Assembly: GCA_051599415.1 (NCBI GenBank)
Contig: AP039696.1
Location: forward strand, 62,001-126,000
Source of the DNA: Savitreella phatthalungensis
Lineage: Eukaryota
Length of the DNA: 64,000 nucleotides
Direction of reading: 5' to 3'
Below the pieces are notes generated by a model. The model was not told the DNA's origin. It ran no database searches and saw only the letters and a list, made by a program, of their open reading frames with translations. Each line of letters starts with the position of its first letter. Position 1 is the first letter of the stretch. The position numbers and the translations under genes were made by a program. Below are positions 22,418-33,936 of the stretch, piece by piece.

Positions 22418-24691
22418 TCATTGCGTACGCCAATGCAGCCCGTTCTGCACGTCCGGCGGTGATTTTGGATGGGCTGTACTGAAGCCTGTTGCGCGGGGAT
22501 CGAAGAAACCTCGCGAGTCCAGGACGCGGCCAGGTACAGAGTTTTGGGAGTAGTCATGGCTGTCGGCGGCTGTGCGCTGGTCGGCTGGACTTTGGCTCCC
22601 AGTCGCGTGATGCGGTGTATTGCCCGCTTGTAGCCGAGCAAAGCCTGCTGACATGGGCAGCGGTAGAAGCCTGTGATGCTCATCTGGACTACTCTTGCCA
22701 GCCTGAATAGATCCAGATGTAGGCGAACCCACTGTCGCGGTTGTTGACAGCATCATCTGAGGTAGTGGCAGCATTGACGATCTAGGAAATCGATCCAACT
22801 GGTGTGGCACCGTGATATTGTTGTCCACTGCATTGGCTGTCCTAGAGTCATTCGCAGGCCAGCGTGAGAGGGCACCAACTGCAGGATGCACAGGACGCTT
22901 AGAAGTAGTATCTTCGCCTCTGCGTAGCTTATCGATCGCCGCGTCCGCACTGAGCGGCACGAATCGCTCGCCCCTTCGATCCTGGACTGGCGGAGACTGG
23001 CGCCATCTGTACATTTGGTCGCGCCGGCGCTTATCTGTGTGCCTTGCAGGCTGGAAGCTCACAATCAAAGCGCAAGGAGGTCTCTCGCTGGTAACAGCTT
23101 CTCCAAAAGTTACAACAGCCTTGCGTGCTGCTACTGACCGTGCGGCATACACGTCGAACGCTGGTAGTTCCCCGTGCGCATCGGGATTGTAATTAGCGTA
23201 AAGAAGATCCAGACATTGAGCGTGCATGTATGCAAGCGAAAGAGCCTGTAGAGCGTAATCAACTTGAATGTCGTGTACGTCAAGCGGATTCATTAAATGG
23301 TGGCGACGTTGCTGATCATTATCATGACGGATACCTTGTCGTTGGGCTTCACTGGAAGATTCGTTGTGCTGAAGATGAGCGGGGAGCGCTCGCCACCATG
23401 CATCTAGCTCTGCCTGCAAATGTTCGATTGCAGGATTCGGATAGGCCGGCCTTTCCTGCTGAGTTTCGTGCCCGTGCGAAGTCTGAGCGATTCGCGTCGC
23501 TACCCCGAGCAGCCGGGTCAGCGCGTTCAAAGCGAGAACTGATGCCGGAGGCGACCCAGGCGGAGGCGCGACAAGTCCAGTCTGCGTCACAAAGGCGTCG
23601 TCAAGTTCGAATGGCAACTGCTGTCGAGGTAGAAGCGTCACCAGAGTTTCGTAACGTCCCATAGCGATAGACAAAATGGCGTTGAGATTGTACAAGGTGT
23701 AATACGTCTTCCTGCATCGTTGCTGGTCGAGAAGGTCCATTTCCTCAGGCAAATCAGCATCTAGACCGAGATTGAGACCGTGCCTGCAGGCAGCTCCGAT
23801 CAGTGCCCAGGCTGAACGCGTTGCCCCGGTGCATCGCAAGTAGAGCGTCCGCACCGCCATCGCCTGAACGTCGTGCATACCCGTCCGCTCCAGGGGAGAT
23901 GTGAAGCGCTCGGACAGGGTATAGAAGAGTCTGGCACGCTCGTTGATGTCGACGATACCGAATTGCTCCGCATACTCCTGTGCGAAGAGCGTACCGACTG
24001 CCAAGACGGAAAAGAGGAGTGGAAGAAACGCGGAATGCGCATTGTCCGGCATGTCGCCGTAGTGTCCAGCCATATTGGCGTAGAAGTATGATCGATGGAT
24101 GCAGTCAACAAGCGTGCAGACATAGTCAAAGAAGAGACCTGTCAGACGAAGGGCCACATGATAAGGAGGCAATTCGTGCTTCGCGAGTTCGTTGCGCTCC
24201 CGTTCGTCTGCATCGACGCTGCGGAGATCGATTCCTGGCGGTGGACTCTGGCGTTCTCCAGCGGAACTCGAGGAAACGGGCCTGTTAAGCTGTGGAGCTT
24301 GATAGCGCTCGACGGACGATCTAAGCTCACTGCTCGGACCGGTCGTGGTCGGCCTGGACGGGGGAGCTGTTGAGGTAGCACTCTCCTCGAGCTGCTTTAG
24401 ACGCGCCTCGAGCGTTCTCACATAGGCGACGGATAGATTAGCATTGCGGTAACTCGGCTTGTCCCATGTACACTCGTAGCCGTATCCACTGCAGTGCTTG
24501 CAAGGATTCTCTCCGTTGCATCGAATCTTCTGACGTCGACACGAGTCACAAGCACGCGCAACGCGCCGCCGCTTGTCGCTAGCGGAATCTGGTGTAGCAT
24601 TGGCAGACCGCTTGTCGTGAACGGCTGGATCTGGTCCAGGCGAGGATGTCTTGTCGGCGGCTGCCGGAGACTTCGACTGCTGAATCTGCAT
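22418..24691 (-). CDS. Zn(II)2Cys6 transcription factor with fungal-specific middle homology region
   Basis: RRRVARACDSCRRQKIRCNGENPCKHCSGYGYECTW, dimerisation helix YVRTLEARLKQLEE, AWALIGAACRHGLNLGL middle region. First ATG at 24691. Confidence 0.9.
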   Translation of the reverse strand: MQIQQSKSPAAADKTSSPGPDPAVHDKRSANATPDSASDKRRRVARACDSCRRQKIRCNGENPCKHCSGYGYECTWDKPSYRNANLSVAYVRTLEARLKQLEESATSTAPPSRPTTTGPSSELRSSVERYQAPQLNRPVSSSSAGERQSPPPGIDLRSVDADERERNELAKHELPPYHVALRLTGLFFDYVCTLVDCIHRSYFYANMAGHYGDMPDNAHSAFLPLLFSVLAVGTLFAQEYAEQFGIVDINERARLFYTLSERFTSPLERTGMHDVQAMAVRTLYLRCTGATRSAWALIGAACRHGLNLGLDADLPEEMDLLDQQRCRKTYYTLYNLNAILSIAMGRYETLVTLLPRQQLPFELDDAFVTQTGLVAPPPGSPPASVLALNALTRLLGVATRIAQTSHGHETQQERPAYPNPAIEHLQAELDAWWRALPAHLQHNESSSEAQRQGIRHDNDQQRRHHLMNPLDVHDIQVDYALQALSLAYMHAQCLDLLYANYNPDAHGELPAFDVYAARSVAARKAVVTFGEAVTSERPPCALIVSFQPARHTDKRRRDQMYRWRQSPPVQDRRGERFVPLSADAAIDKLRRGEDTTSKRPVHPAVGALSRWPANDSRTANAVDNNITVPHQLDRFPRSSMLPLPQMMLSTTATVGSPTSGSIQAGKSSPDEHHRLLPLPMSAGFARLQAGNTPHHATGSQSPADQRTAADSHDYSQNSVPGRVLDSRGFFDPRATGFSTAHPKSPPDVQNGLHWRTQ

Positions 24692-26126
24692 AGCCAGAGT
24701 CGCTGCACCGTTACCACGACTGGACTCTGTCAGGCAGCATCGCTCTCGACTGCTCGAGCGTTTCAATCGAAATGCTGGTAAGGCTGAGCGACCGGATGCT
24801 CCCAGCTACTGCTGAAGAACGTCTTCTATCACTTTACACGCGTACACTTGTCGATCAACGGTACACCTAGTCGGTCTTGTCAATAGTCTCCGAATGATAT
24901 TGACCGGCCTCCTGTCACCCACGATTTGCAGCCCGGGGCGTGTCTCTCTCTACCTGGAGACTGTCTTTGCAGCTAGATACAGTCAACAACAAATCTAATC
25001 TGTCCATGGGACTCAAATTCGATGCAATAGATGGCCGGGTGGTGGATCTCCAGCTTCACGCTCGATTCTCTGTCACCTTCGCAGGTCATCAAATGAAAGT
25101 GCTTCTGCGACTGACTTCAGTTGCAAGGCAAAGCTCTGGCTAGCACAAACACAAGGAAATATACTAGGGCTGGCAGCCTCCCGCACCGACAGACTCATTC
25201 GGCTACGCTGTGGATTTGACGACTAGCGACAGACTTCAACTGTGAAAGTAAAGTTGATGGCCGCGTAAGGCACACGAGCGCTATTATTTTAGTGCTTGTG
25301 CTCGGTACTGCTAGGCAATGCAATGCGGCCCTGACGAATTGAGGAGAGATCTATGCTTCTACTGAAACATACATCTTACACTTCCCTCAGATTAGGATCT
25401 TGAGAGTTAGCGGGTTTAGTCGTCCATAGCCCCATAACTGACTCTACTAGGAGGTGTTTACGAGGATTAGCTTAGTCTCAGGCATCAATCCATACAGCTT
25501 TAAGCGAATCTTAGCATCGCTTCCCTATTTTCATACACTCTCCCTTTCCAGAGCCCATGGTGAAATTTCGAAATGTTTGGAATCTGGACGACCTAGAAAT
25601 CAACGTAACCTTCGAACCTCTCCCACACGGCTTTCCGAAGCTTAAGATAGCCGGGAAGCGGAAATCAAATCACGGCCGGAGGCATAGTATAATTCCGACT
25701 AGATTGACGAGGCCAAACGATTAATACACGATAGAACCAAATGATCTGAAATCAGATCTAGGACTACCAGTGCCGGTTAGCTGGGCAGGGAGAAAGAGAC
25801 CAGCAAGCGGGCTCCACGGCTTCCACGACTTCCACAAGACATCAGCTTCTATGGGACATGCGTCAGTAGACAGTAGACAGATATCTGCTTGCCTTGTCAT
25901 CTTCAGTGCTCTTCTGTTAATCACATGAGAGATGAAGTCAGAGATGCAATGCTCCCTGCACAGCTAGCTAGCTTGTATACACGAAAACGCAATCATCCCT
26001 GGTTCATCCCATAAGTCGGTATCGAGTATGACTGAACTCATGAATTAGATGTCAAACTAAAGCATTACTTGCGATATAAGAAAGTCGAGAAGAGCTTAAG
26101 AGAAAGGGTAGCATCATTGTCGACAG

Positions 26127-27662
26127 TCACTTGCCAGCGGCTTCTAATTTCGGGTATGCCACAGAGCTAGGTGGTCCTTGTTTAAGCTTGGCATCTTCTG
26201 CCTTCGAGGTCGAAAGAGTACTGGGCTCCTGCCGGCCTGCAATTGTAGCACGCCGTTGCTCTTCAGCAACACGCTCAGGTGTGCGCTCCCGCGACTCCGC
26301 CTGCTTCATCAGCTTCGCCAGGGCAGCGCGGATGTTGACAATAGTCTTCAGGTGCTTTGCACGCTCCTCACGATCTGCGAGTGACAGACTGGCAACGCCA
26401 CGTGCCAGCTCCTCGTCCTTCTTTCCCGTGCCTGTGACCACGGGTGAGCTTGGCGTCGACGAGGACGTCGTCGTCGACAGTGCAGGTGACGATGACCGTC
26501 CGAGCTTCGCAGCCAGGTTAGTAGCTGTCGAGCGCATGTTTGATTCGTGTGCTGCCGTTGGCGCCTTCTGCAGATTGGTAATCTCGATCGTACGACGCGA
26601 GTCTGCCCCCGGACCTGATACAAAGCGTGATCCAAGCTGCGGCACGACCATCTTGCTAGAATAAGGCATCGGTCCGCCGAAAGAAGATTGTGTTGGCAAG
26701 GTTGGGTAGGATGCATTTGGAATGCTGTCAAGAGGGAAGTTCGTCTGACCAAAGGGCGAGATTGTTGCCACGGGCGCACCGCCGAAAGGATCTGGGAAAT
26801 CGCCGCGGAATGGCGAGCTTTGCGTGAGTGATAGATCTGCCTGTACATTGCCTGCAAGCTGGAAGAGCCAGCTATCGATCTCAAGCAGGTCTTGCTTAGT
26901 CCTGAGGGCAGGTAGAGAAACACCGTACGTGGTCGGATCCTGGTAGAATCCGTCGGCAACGTATGTGTCAAATGCACTAAGGCGCGAGGCCATGTCCGAG
27001 CTGTACTCAGGAGCAAACCGGGAACGCTTTGCCTCTTCGAAGAAATCATTGGCGTAATCAGAGTAGCCGCGTTTGCGGGAGTGTGCCATGTTGCCGGTCG
27101 TATCGATCGGCGCAAGAGAAGGATAGACCTGACTCTGCTGAAATTGGGACGGCACAACTTCCACAAACGTCTGATCGATGCTTGCAGGGTATCCTGTGCT
27201 CGAGCTGCTGCGACTGAAGTCGTGTTGCGTGGAGGAGGCAGCAGAAGAGGTCATACTTCTCGGAGAGTACAGACCAGCGTCAACGGATCCATTGCGTGGG
27301 GAAGCGCCAGAAGAAGAGGCAGCAGCCGAATGAAAGCGTTCAGGAGTGTGTTCGGGAGTGCGAAGGAGGACCGTATCATCTGCATGCGTCTTCTCGTGCT
27401 TCTTCAAATCCTGAGGACGCTTGAAAGCCTTTGAGCAGAGCTTGCACCGGTGAGGCTTCAAGGGGATGTGAACGCGAATGTGAGATGTGATGTGATCGCG
27501 CTTGACAGTTTCGATCGTGCAGGTGTTCCAGGCGCAGGTAAGATTGAGATTGTTTGTCGATTTGCGGCCAATGTGGTCGTCGCAAACATGGTTGTAAAGT
27601 TGTTCTGCATCAACGGCAATGTAAGCGCAACCGCGCCAGTGGCATGATGTGTCTTCCACCAT
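26127..27662 (-). CDS. pacC: pH-response C2H2 transcription factor PacC/Rim101
   Basis: Three fingers with [41 protein letters not shown] and [31 protein letters not shown] conserved block; YPxL motifs YPSL, YPTL, YPKL. Confidence 0.96.
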   Translation of the reverse strand: MVEDTSCHWRGCAYIAVDAEQLYNHVCDDHIGRKSTNNLNLTCAWNTCTIETVKRDHITSHIRVHIPLKPHRCKLCSKAFKRPQDLKKHEKTHADDTVLLRTPEHTPERFHSAAASSSGASPRNGSVDAGLYSPRSMTSSAASSTQHDFSRSSSSTGYPASIDQTFVEVVPSQFQQSQVYPSLAPIDTTGNMAHSRKRGYSDYANDFFEEAKRSRFAPEYSSDMASRLSAFDTYVADGFYQDPTTYGVSLPALRTKQDLLEIDSWLFQLAGNVQADLSLTQSSPFRGDFPDPFGGAPVATISPFGQTNFPLDSIPNASYPTLPTQSSFGGPMPYSSKMVVPQLGSRFVSGPGADSRRTIEITNLQKAPTAAHESNMRSTATNLAAKLGRSSSPALSTTTSSSTPSSPVVTGTGKKDEELARGVASLSLADREERAKHLKTIVNIRAALAKLMKQAESRERTPERVAEEQRRATIAGRQEPSTLSTSKAEDAKLKQGPPSSVAYPKLEAAGK

Positions 27663-27808
27663 CTTTTCGTCAGGAGAGCACAGTGAGGCGTGTATACGAG
27701 GTGATGTTGTTAAGATGGAGGATATTTTTGAGTACTCTTCAAGACGATGTGTTGAGAGCCGACGGGGGAAGTGGTTGACCTAAGTACGAATGTCGAGGTG
27801 AAATCCTT

Positions 27809-28496
27809 GCCAAGAAAATGCCAAGCCTGGAGGATTGAAAATTGATGCAGGACAAAATCGAGCGGAGTCTGACCATTGAAAAGAAACCTCGAGGGGGAAG
27901 CAGGAAATCGTCATGCACAAGCTTTGATCAGTCGATAGAGCGAACATAATCACGAGCAGGTGATTGCTTGCAGAGTATATAGAATAGACAATCTGAATTA
28001 TTCAATGCATGATATCTAGAATGCAGTATATAGGTGAGCGGATCCCGCAAGGTAACATCTGGATGTTTCCAGGCGTGCTCGATACGTGTTTATAGCATTC
28101 ATACAGACCGTGCACTCCAGCATACAGCTGACCTCCTCTGCTGGACGGTGACGCAGGAAGAAACCCAAACATTGAACTCGGTGACTGATAAGGAACTGTA
28201 GATTTCGATTGTCGCAATCGAGGGGCCAAGGATTCGGAATGGCCAGACAGCAAAGCGCCGCTTACAGGCCAAGTCGTTGCAATACAAATTAGCCAAGAAT
28301 TGGGGTCGGATCTAGGGCCCTTGCACCGATCTGCCAAATTGCTGAAGATGCTGTGTGACAAGCATGCGAGATGGAGATATGTATGGTGTGATCAAGTAGA
28401 TCAAGCGAGACCGTGCTTTTGAAATGGGCGTGCATGAAATCTCGTGTGGACTCAAGAGCCAAGAGTTTGGCCGCGCTTCAAAATCCCCGTCTTGGC
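27809..28496. promoter_or_regulatory. Cluster of six GCCAAG PacC consensus sites upstream of pacC
   Basis: GCCAAG at 27809, 27820, 28268, 28292, 28458 and CTTGGC at 28491. Confidence 0.75.
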
Positions 28497-29766
28497 AACA
28501 GACTCAGCTTGAATACTGTCGAAGGGCAGTCTCGCAGTGCCATGCCTGTGCCACGATGCTCAGTCGCTCGAGCTCAAAAAATACCGAGCAAGTGAGCAAG
28601 AATTCGACTTCGCATGTCAGTCCATAATACTCGAACCTGCACGTGCACGAGGACGCTCTACCTATACATGCAGAGACGACCGAGAATTCAAACCCTCGTC
28701 GCTAAGTATGATTGCCTGCGCAGTCAGTGGTTGTCCCACTTTATTTTTCTATGGACCATGATAGATATCCTCTTGAATTTGATTGCTGTGCTCTGTGCGA
28801 GCCAAATTTGCCTCGCGATTCGTAGTAATAAATTATAGCGTCATTGAAACCTCTCTGCACGTATCAATTGAGCTGTCGGTGGAGCATTCAAACTTTCAAT
28901 TTCTGGATTTCTATAGCAAGGGACAATAGATAGGACTGTAGCGCAGGTGGGTCCCTGGCACTGTGCACTGCGTAACATAACGCAGCGTCATCAACATTTT
29001 TGCGTATTAAAATCACTCGGAGTTCTCCAGCGTAGAATGAACGAGTCCAGCGCGCTCGAAGGCGATCCAGCACGCGGGGCACATGGAAACTACACTAGAT
29101 CTTGACACAGATGTTCAACCATCGGGAGAGAGAAGATCCTCGTCATGCTCCTTATAACCATTTCCTTGCTGGATACGTAGATGGAAAGTGATCTGTTCCT
29201 GCGTCTCCCTTGCTTGTGTGTCATTGACTAGCTTGAGCAATCGCATGGATTACTGCGACCTATTGGCTGGTGAACGTGCATGGCAGTGACCTCCAACAGA
29301 ATCATGGAACATCTCAGTGTGCACCTGTTCAACTGCTGAGGATGATTGAGCGGAGAAAAGTACTGGGAGGCAGAGCCAGAGCACGTACCAGTGCTAGCCC
29401 TAGCCCGTGCACTGCAGCACTATATTCCGAGCACTATGTATAGCGCGCGTGTATAGCGAGCGGCATTAAAGATCATTCAAAATCTCATTCAAAATAAGAG
29501 ATTAATTAGATTGAATACTCGGTAGTAAGTTCAATCTTGTGCGCTGGCTGGCAGCTGGGAACTTATGTGAGTGGCGATGCATAGGTGGGTGGATCAAATG
29601 TGTGGCTGCACAGATGAGAGTCCAGCAGTAGCAGCATAGCATAGCATAGCAGAGTGAAGCAGCGAATCAGCCGTATAGATTCTCAAGCAGGAAATCAAGC
29701 ATGCAGGAAACAAAGCAGGAAACCAAGAAGGCAGGGAGATAGGCAGACAGGCAAGCAAAGCTAAGC

Positions 29767-29791
29767 AAAGGAAAGGAAAGGAAAGGAAAGG
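29767..29791. repeat. (AAAGG)5 microsatellite upstream of rnc1
   Basis: Read directly; nearby (CATAG)3 at about 29635 and GCAGGAAA x3 at about 29687-29722. Confidence 0.85.
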
Positions 29792-30420
29792 TGCTCATCT
29801 CATACACACCATCAATTACAGACATTTCCACTACTCACTCTGGTAGGAAGCACAGCAGGCAACATAGTAGTCCAACCAACACCTGCAATTTCCCAAATAT
29901 CTATCTACCTTTACACCTAGCCTCACCTTCCCTGTCCTACACTCGTAACCCATCCAGAGGACGCGTTCAGTCGATCGATCGAGCAACCAACAGTCACTTG
30001 CAATCGATAAAATCAAGTCATTGATCAACTGGTATCATCGTCATACGCCTCCCTCATCCTCAAAATCTCTCGTCCTCATTCCTCCTTCCTCATCATCTTC
30101 TTCATCATTATCCACCTCCCTCTTCCTCAATCCATTCAGCTGGAGACAAGGTCATTTTCCTTAGACAGGCCTTTACGCACAATCGACTTCTCGAAAAACT
30201 GGGATTGTCCTTGCTTTTCCTCAAGCAACGCTCTTAACAGGTATTTTCAGCCTACGGTCAATCACACCACCTGACAAGGGACAGCTACGAGCGTCCTCCT
30301 TATTTCCCGTCTTAGCGAGCTTGACATCACGTCGAGTTTCTTCCTCTTCTAAACGTTCACTTCGAACTTCCCTATCAAAGCATCAATCTCACTCCGTTCA
30401 TCGGACTACCAGATCACATC

Positions 30421-31725
30421 ATGTCTCAAATTACAGACAATGTACAGCACCGTGACGATTTGGCCGCACAACCAATCGGGGGTGGACAGGATAATCAGAC
30501 GATCACGACGCCATTGCCCGATGGCATCTCACAGCACGCAGATGAAGTTGCACACCAGCACGCGAGCACGGATGAAGATGGTCAGCCGACCATGGACGAA
30601 GCCGCCTTCGCAGATGCACAGCTGACCTTGCGAGCTCTTGTCTCGACCAAAGAGGCGGGCGTCATCATAGGTAAAGGCGGCAAAAATGTTGCAAGCCTGC
30701 GAGAGGCAACAGGTGTCAAGGCCGGCGTATCCAAGGTCGTCCCTGGCGTTCACGACCGCGTCCTGACCGTGACCGGTGCACTTGGAGCAGTCACAACTGC
30801 CTACACGCAGATCGCTCAGACCTTCCTCGACAATCCTCTGCACGTGAACGACAACAATGCACCAAATGTAGCGCCCGGTGGGGCACCCGCACCACCGACA
30901 CTCCGTCTCCTCATCTCACACAACCTCATGGGAACAATCATTGGCCGATCTGGCCTCAAAATTAAAATGATCCAGGATGCATCTCACTGCAGGATGGTTG
31001 CATCGAAGGAGATGCTGCCTCAAAGCACAGAACGTGTTGTCGAGGTCACTGGAGAGATTGCAAACCTTCACCGTGCCGTATGGGAGATCGGCAAATGTCT
31101 TGTGGAGGATTGGGAGCGTGGCGTTGGCACGGTCTTGTATAATCCCGCGGTCCGCCTTTCTGCGACTTCGACGGTCGTTGCGCCAACCCTCGCAAATGGC
31201 GTCATTCCGGCTCAGGGCACACCCGGCAACTACTTGCGATCTCATCGTGCACCTCGCACCGGCAACCCTTCGCTCGATTTTGCCCCGCATGGTGGGTTGG
31301 ACCCGAACGATGGGTACGGTATGCCTATGCACACTGGACCGGGCAGCAACTCGATGCTGCCCCCGCATGCCCACGGAGACCCGTCTCTCGTTGGCGGCTC
31401 CAACAATGGCGGCGGCAATGACTACAAGACGCGCAACATCAGCATCCCCGCAGACTTGGTCGGCTGCGTGATTGGCAAAGCTGGTGGAAAGATCACGGAG
31501 ATTCGACGTGCATCGGGATCGAAGATCGCCATTGCAAAGGAGCACGACGATGCCGGCGAGCGCATGCTCACCGTCTCTGGACCGGCCGCAAACACCGACA
31601 AAGCACTCTTCCTCATCTTCCGTGAAGTCGAAGCCGAAAAGGAACGCCGCAACGCCGCTGGATCGGGACCCGCCGGAGATGCCATGACGCCCGGAGACGG
31701 TGCCGGCAATTCGAGCGACATCTAG
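30421..31725 (+). CDS. rnc1: Three-KH-domain RNA-binding protein (Rnc1/Hek2/Pbp2 family)
   Basis: KH GxxG loops IIGKGG, IIGRSG, VIGKAG; LTLRALVSTKEAG, MLPQSTERVVE, WEIGKCLVEDWERG and NISIPADLVGC closely match fission-yeast Rnc1 as I recall it. Confidence 0.92.
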   Translation: MSQITDNVQHRDDLAAQPIGGGQDNQTITTPLPDGISQHADEVAHQHASTDEDGQPTMDEAAFADAQLTLRALVSTKEAGVIIGKGGKNVASLREATGVKAGVSKVVPGVHDRVLTVTGALGAVTTAYTQIAQTFLDNPLHVNDNNAPNVAPGGAPAPPTLRLLISHNLMGTIIGRSGLKIKMIQDASHCRMVASKEMLPQSTERVVEVTGEIANLHRAVWEIGKCLVEDWERGVGTVLYNPAVRLSATSTVVAPTLANGVIPAQGTPGNYLRSHRAPRTGNPSLDFAPHGGLDPNDGYGMPMHTGPGSNSMLPPHAHGDPSLVGGSNNGGGNDYKTRNISIPADLVGCVIGKAGGKITEIRRASGSKIAIAKEHDDAGERMLTVSGPAANTDKALFLIFREVEAEKERRNAAGSGPAGDAMTPGDGAGNSSDI

Positions 31726-32135
31726 AGTCCAGGTATCTCAGCTTCTCTGAACTCCCTGGGCACAGACTGTCCAAGTACACGCACGCACGCACGCGCAATC
31801 ACACGTAGACTCATCACCACTCCCCCACAGACACGGTCAAACAGGAAAGGATGTCACGAATTTAGCCTGAAAAAGTCAATCGTCATGAGAATTTTCCATC
31901 ACTTGCATCACGTACGCATGAGTAGGGGAGGTAGCATTTTTGATTGTACTAGCGGTTTTGTCTTGTCTACACTCAAAGAGCTATGAAGGTGGAATGAGTG
32001 AACGGCGAGCGCGGTTGCTCATGGACCTGAAGATGGAAAGAAAGATGGAGAGTGGTTTCCGGGAGTGACGGTAATGGTTGTGATGATGTGATAAAAATGG
32101 GAATAGATCGATAGAGGACGGAATGTCTAGTACTC

Positions 32136-33878
32136 TTAGCAGAAGATGCCCCAGATCTTCTTGTAGAGAGGAGTCGGGTTGAGTCTCTCTGCCTCCTCCT
32201 CTGCCTCGATCTCAGCCATATCGAGTGAGCGCCGGTTGGAGGTGAGATCCATCTCAGATGACCTAATGAAGCGCGAGCTCTTCCAGTTGATGACCTTGAA
32301 GATGAGGTAGAAGACCAGGATGACCGGCACTGCCACGTACGCGATGAAGAAGTCCTCGGCGGTACCAGTCTTTCCATCGTTGCCGACCGGCCAGATGGCG
32401 ACGTAGAACTGAGCAATCAGACACAGGATGTTCATTATCAAACCAAACCACGAACCAATCACACCAGCGTGAGAGCGGAATGGGATCTCCTTGAGCGAGT
32501 GTCCCTGGTAGATCCAGGCCCGACGGAAGCGGATGTGGCAGAAGCAGATTGAACCCCATGTGAAGAATGAAGAAAGGGCGGAGATGGCGAGGAGCCAGTT
32601 GAAGACATCACCACCGTTGGGAGCGAGGTTCACGTATGCGAGTCCACCGAAGAGCAAAGCAACAACAAGTGCAGCAAGTGGGCGTCCCTGTCGGTCGACG
32701 TAACCGAGGAACTTTGGTGCCAAGCCAACGCGAGCCATACCGGCGAGAGTGCGCGATGAACCATACGTAGACGAGTTACCGACGGACAAGACAGCGATGA
32801 GAATGACAGCGTTGAAAATGTCCGGAAGAACCTTGATGCCTCCAATGCGGATGGCAATGACGAAAGGCGACGCGGTGATGCGCTGATCGGACGTCAGGTC
32901 TGGGTTGTCGTACGGGACAATGAAGCCAATGAGGAGCAGGGAAACGACGTAGAAGAGCAGAATGCGCCAGAAGACCTGCTTTGCTGCCTTCGGAAGCGTC
33001 TTCCGAGGGTTTGCAGTCTCGGCGGCAGCAAGGCCGACAAGCTCAGTCCCGGCGAAGGAGAAGGCAGCGTTAACAAAGACTGCACAAACACCGTGGAAGC
33101 CGTTGGAGAAAGCGCCAGGGTTGCTGTAAGTCTTGGCACCCAAGTAGCCAGCTCCAGGAGCACCACCTACATCGATGACGATGGCGAGAATAATGAAGCC
33201 AACCACGGCAAGGACCTTGATGATGGAGAAAAGGAATTCTGCCTCACCATAGCCACGCACGCCTGCAAGGTTAATGGCGATGATGATGAGGAAGAAGATA
33301 GTGATCCAAACTCCCAAAGGCACGTGTGTGTTCCAGTAATTGATGACGATTGCAGCGGCTGACAACTCGAGTGGGAGGACGATGAGCCATTGCATAGCGT
33401 AGTTCCAACCCATGGCGAAACCCCAGGCAGGCTCAATGAAGCGAGACGAGTAGATAGAGAACGAACCCTGGATTGGGAAGAGCACGGCAAGCTCTCCAAG
33501 GGCATGGACGACGCAGAACAGCATAGCGCCAACGAGAATAAAGCCAATCAGAACAGCGGCAGGTCCACCTGCGGTGAAAGAGCCTGCTGAGCCAACGAAA
33601 AGACCAGTTCCGATGGAACCACCGATAGCAATCATCTGAAGATGACGACCCTTGAGCTTGCGGTGAAGCTCGCCGGCAGGCTTTGGCATCTCGCCATCGT
33701 AGGCCTTCGACGGGTCGGCTGCAGGTGGCTTGAAAGAGTCAAAATAGCGCTGGTACCAGGTGCGGTTGGGGTCCTCCGCTGCTGCATGAGGAGTCGGGGA
33801 GGTATTGACTGGTGAGATGCTGGTCGCCTTCGCATCAGCGTAAGGCGACTGCTTCGCATCGCTCATTTCGTACGACAT
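32136..33878 (-). CDS. Yeast amino-acid transporter (YAT/APC, Gap1-like general amino-acid permease)
   Basis: LKGRHLQMIAIGGSIGTGLF, FSFAGTELVGLAAAE, about 12 TM segments, C-terminal IFC. First ATG at 33878. Confidence 0.95.
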   Translation of the reverse strand: MSYEMSDAKQSPYADAKATSISPVNTSPTPHAAAEDPNRTWYQRYFDSFKPPAADPSKAYDGEMPKPAGELHRKLKGRHLQMIAIGGSIGTGLFVGSAGSFTAGGPAAVLIGFILVGAMLFCVVHALGELAVLFPIQGSFSIYSSRFIEPAWGFAMGWNYAMQWLIVLPLELSAAAIVINYWNTHVPLGVWITIFFLIIIAINLAGVRGYGEAEFLFSIIKVLAVVGFIILAIVIDVGGAPGAGYLGAKTYSNPGAFSNGFHGVCAVFVNAAFSFAGTELVGLAAAETANPRKTLPKAAKQVFWRILLFYVVSLLLIGFIVPYDNPDLTSDQRITASPFVIAIRIGGIKVLPDIFNAVILIAVLSVGNSSTYGSSRTLAGMARVGLAPKFLGYVDRQGRPLAALVVALLFGGLAYVNLAPNGGDVFNWLLAISALSSFFTWGSICFCHIRFRRAWIYQGHSLKEIPFRSHAGVIGSWFGLIMNILCLIAQFYVAIWPVGNDGKTGTAEDFFIAYVAVPVILVFYLIFKVINWKSSRFIRSSEMDLTSNRRSLDMAEIEAEEEAERLNPTPLYKKIWGIFC

Positions 33879-33936
33879 CGTGAGCAACTGTTTGCAGCGT
33901 TCCTCAAGGGTGGGATACTCTGAACGAGGTCTTTGA

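Noticed and set aside
25590..25700. TTCGAACC (minus-strand GGTTCGAA) resembling a tRNA T-loop; similar cores at about 28631 and 34062
   Set aside because: Flanks do not form a T-stem or acceptor stem; no cloverleaf.
26348..27166. Long alternative-frame or antisense ORFs inside real genes (272 aa in pacC, 209 aa opposite rnc1, 194 aa opposite yta12)
   Set aside because: Typical shadow ORFs of GC-rich coding sequence with no independent motifs.
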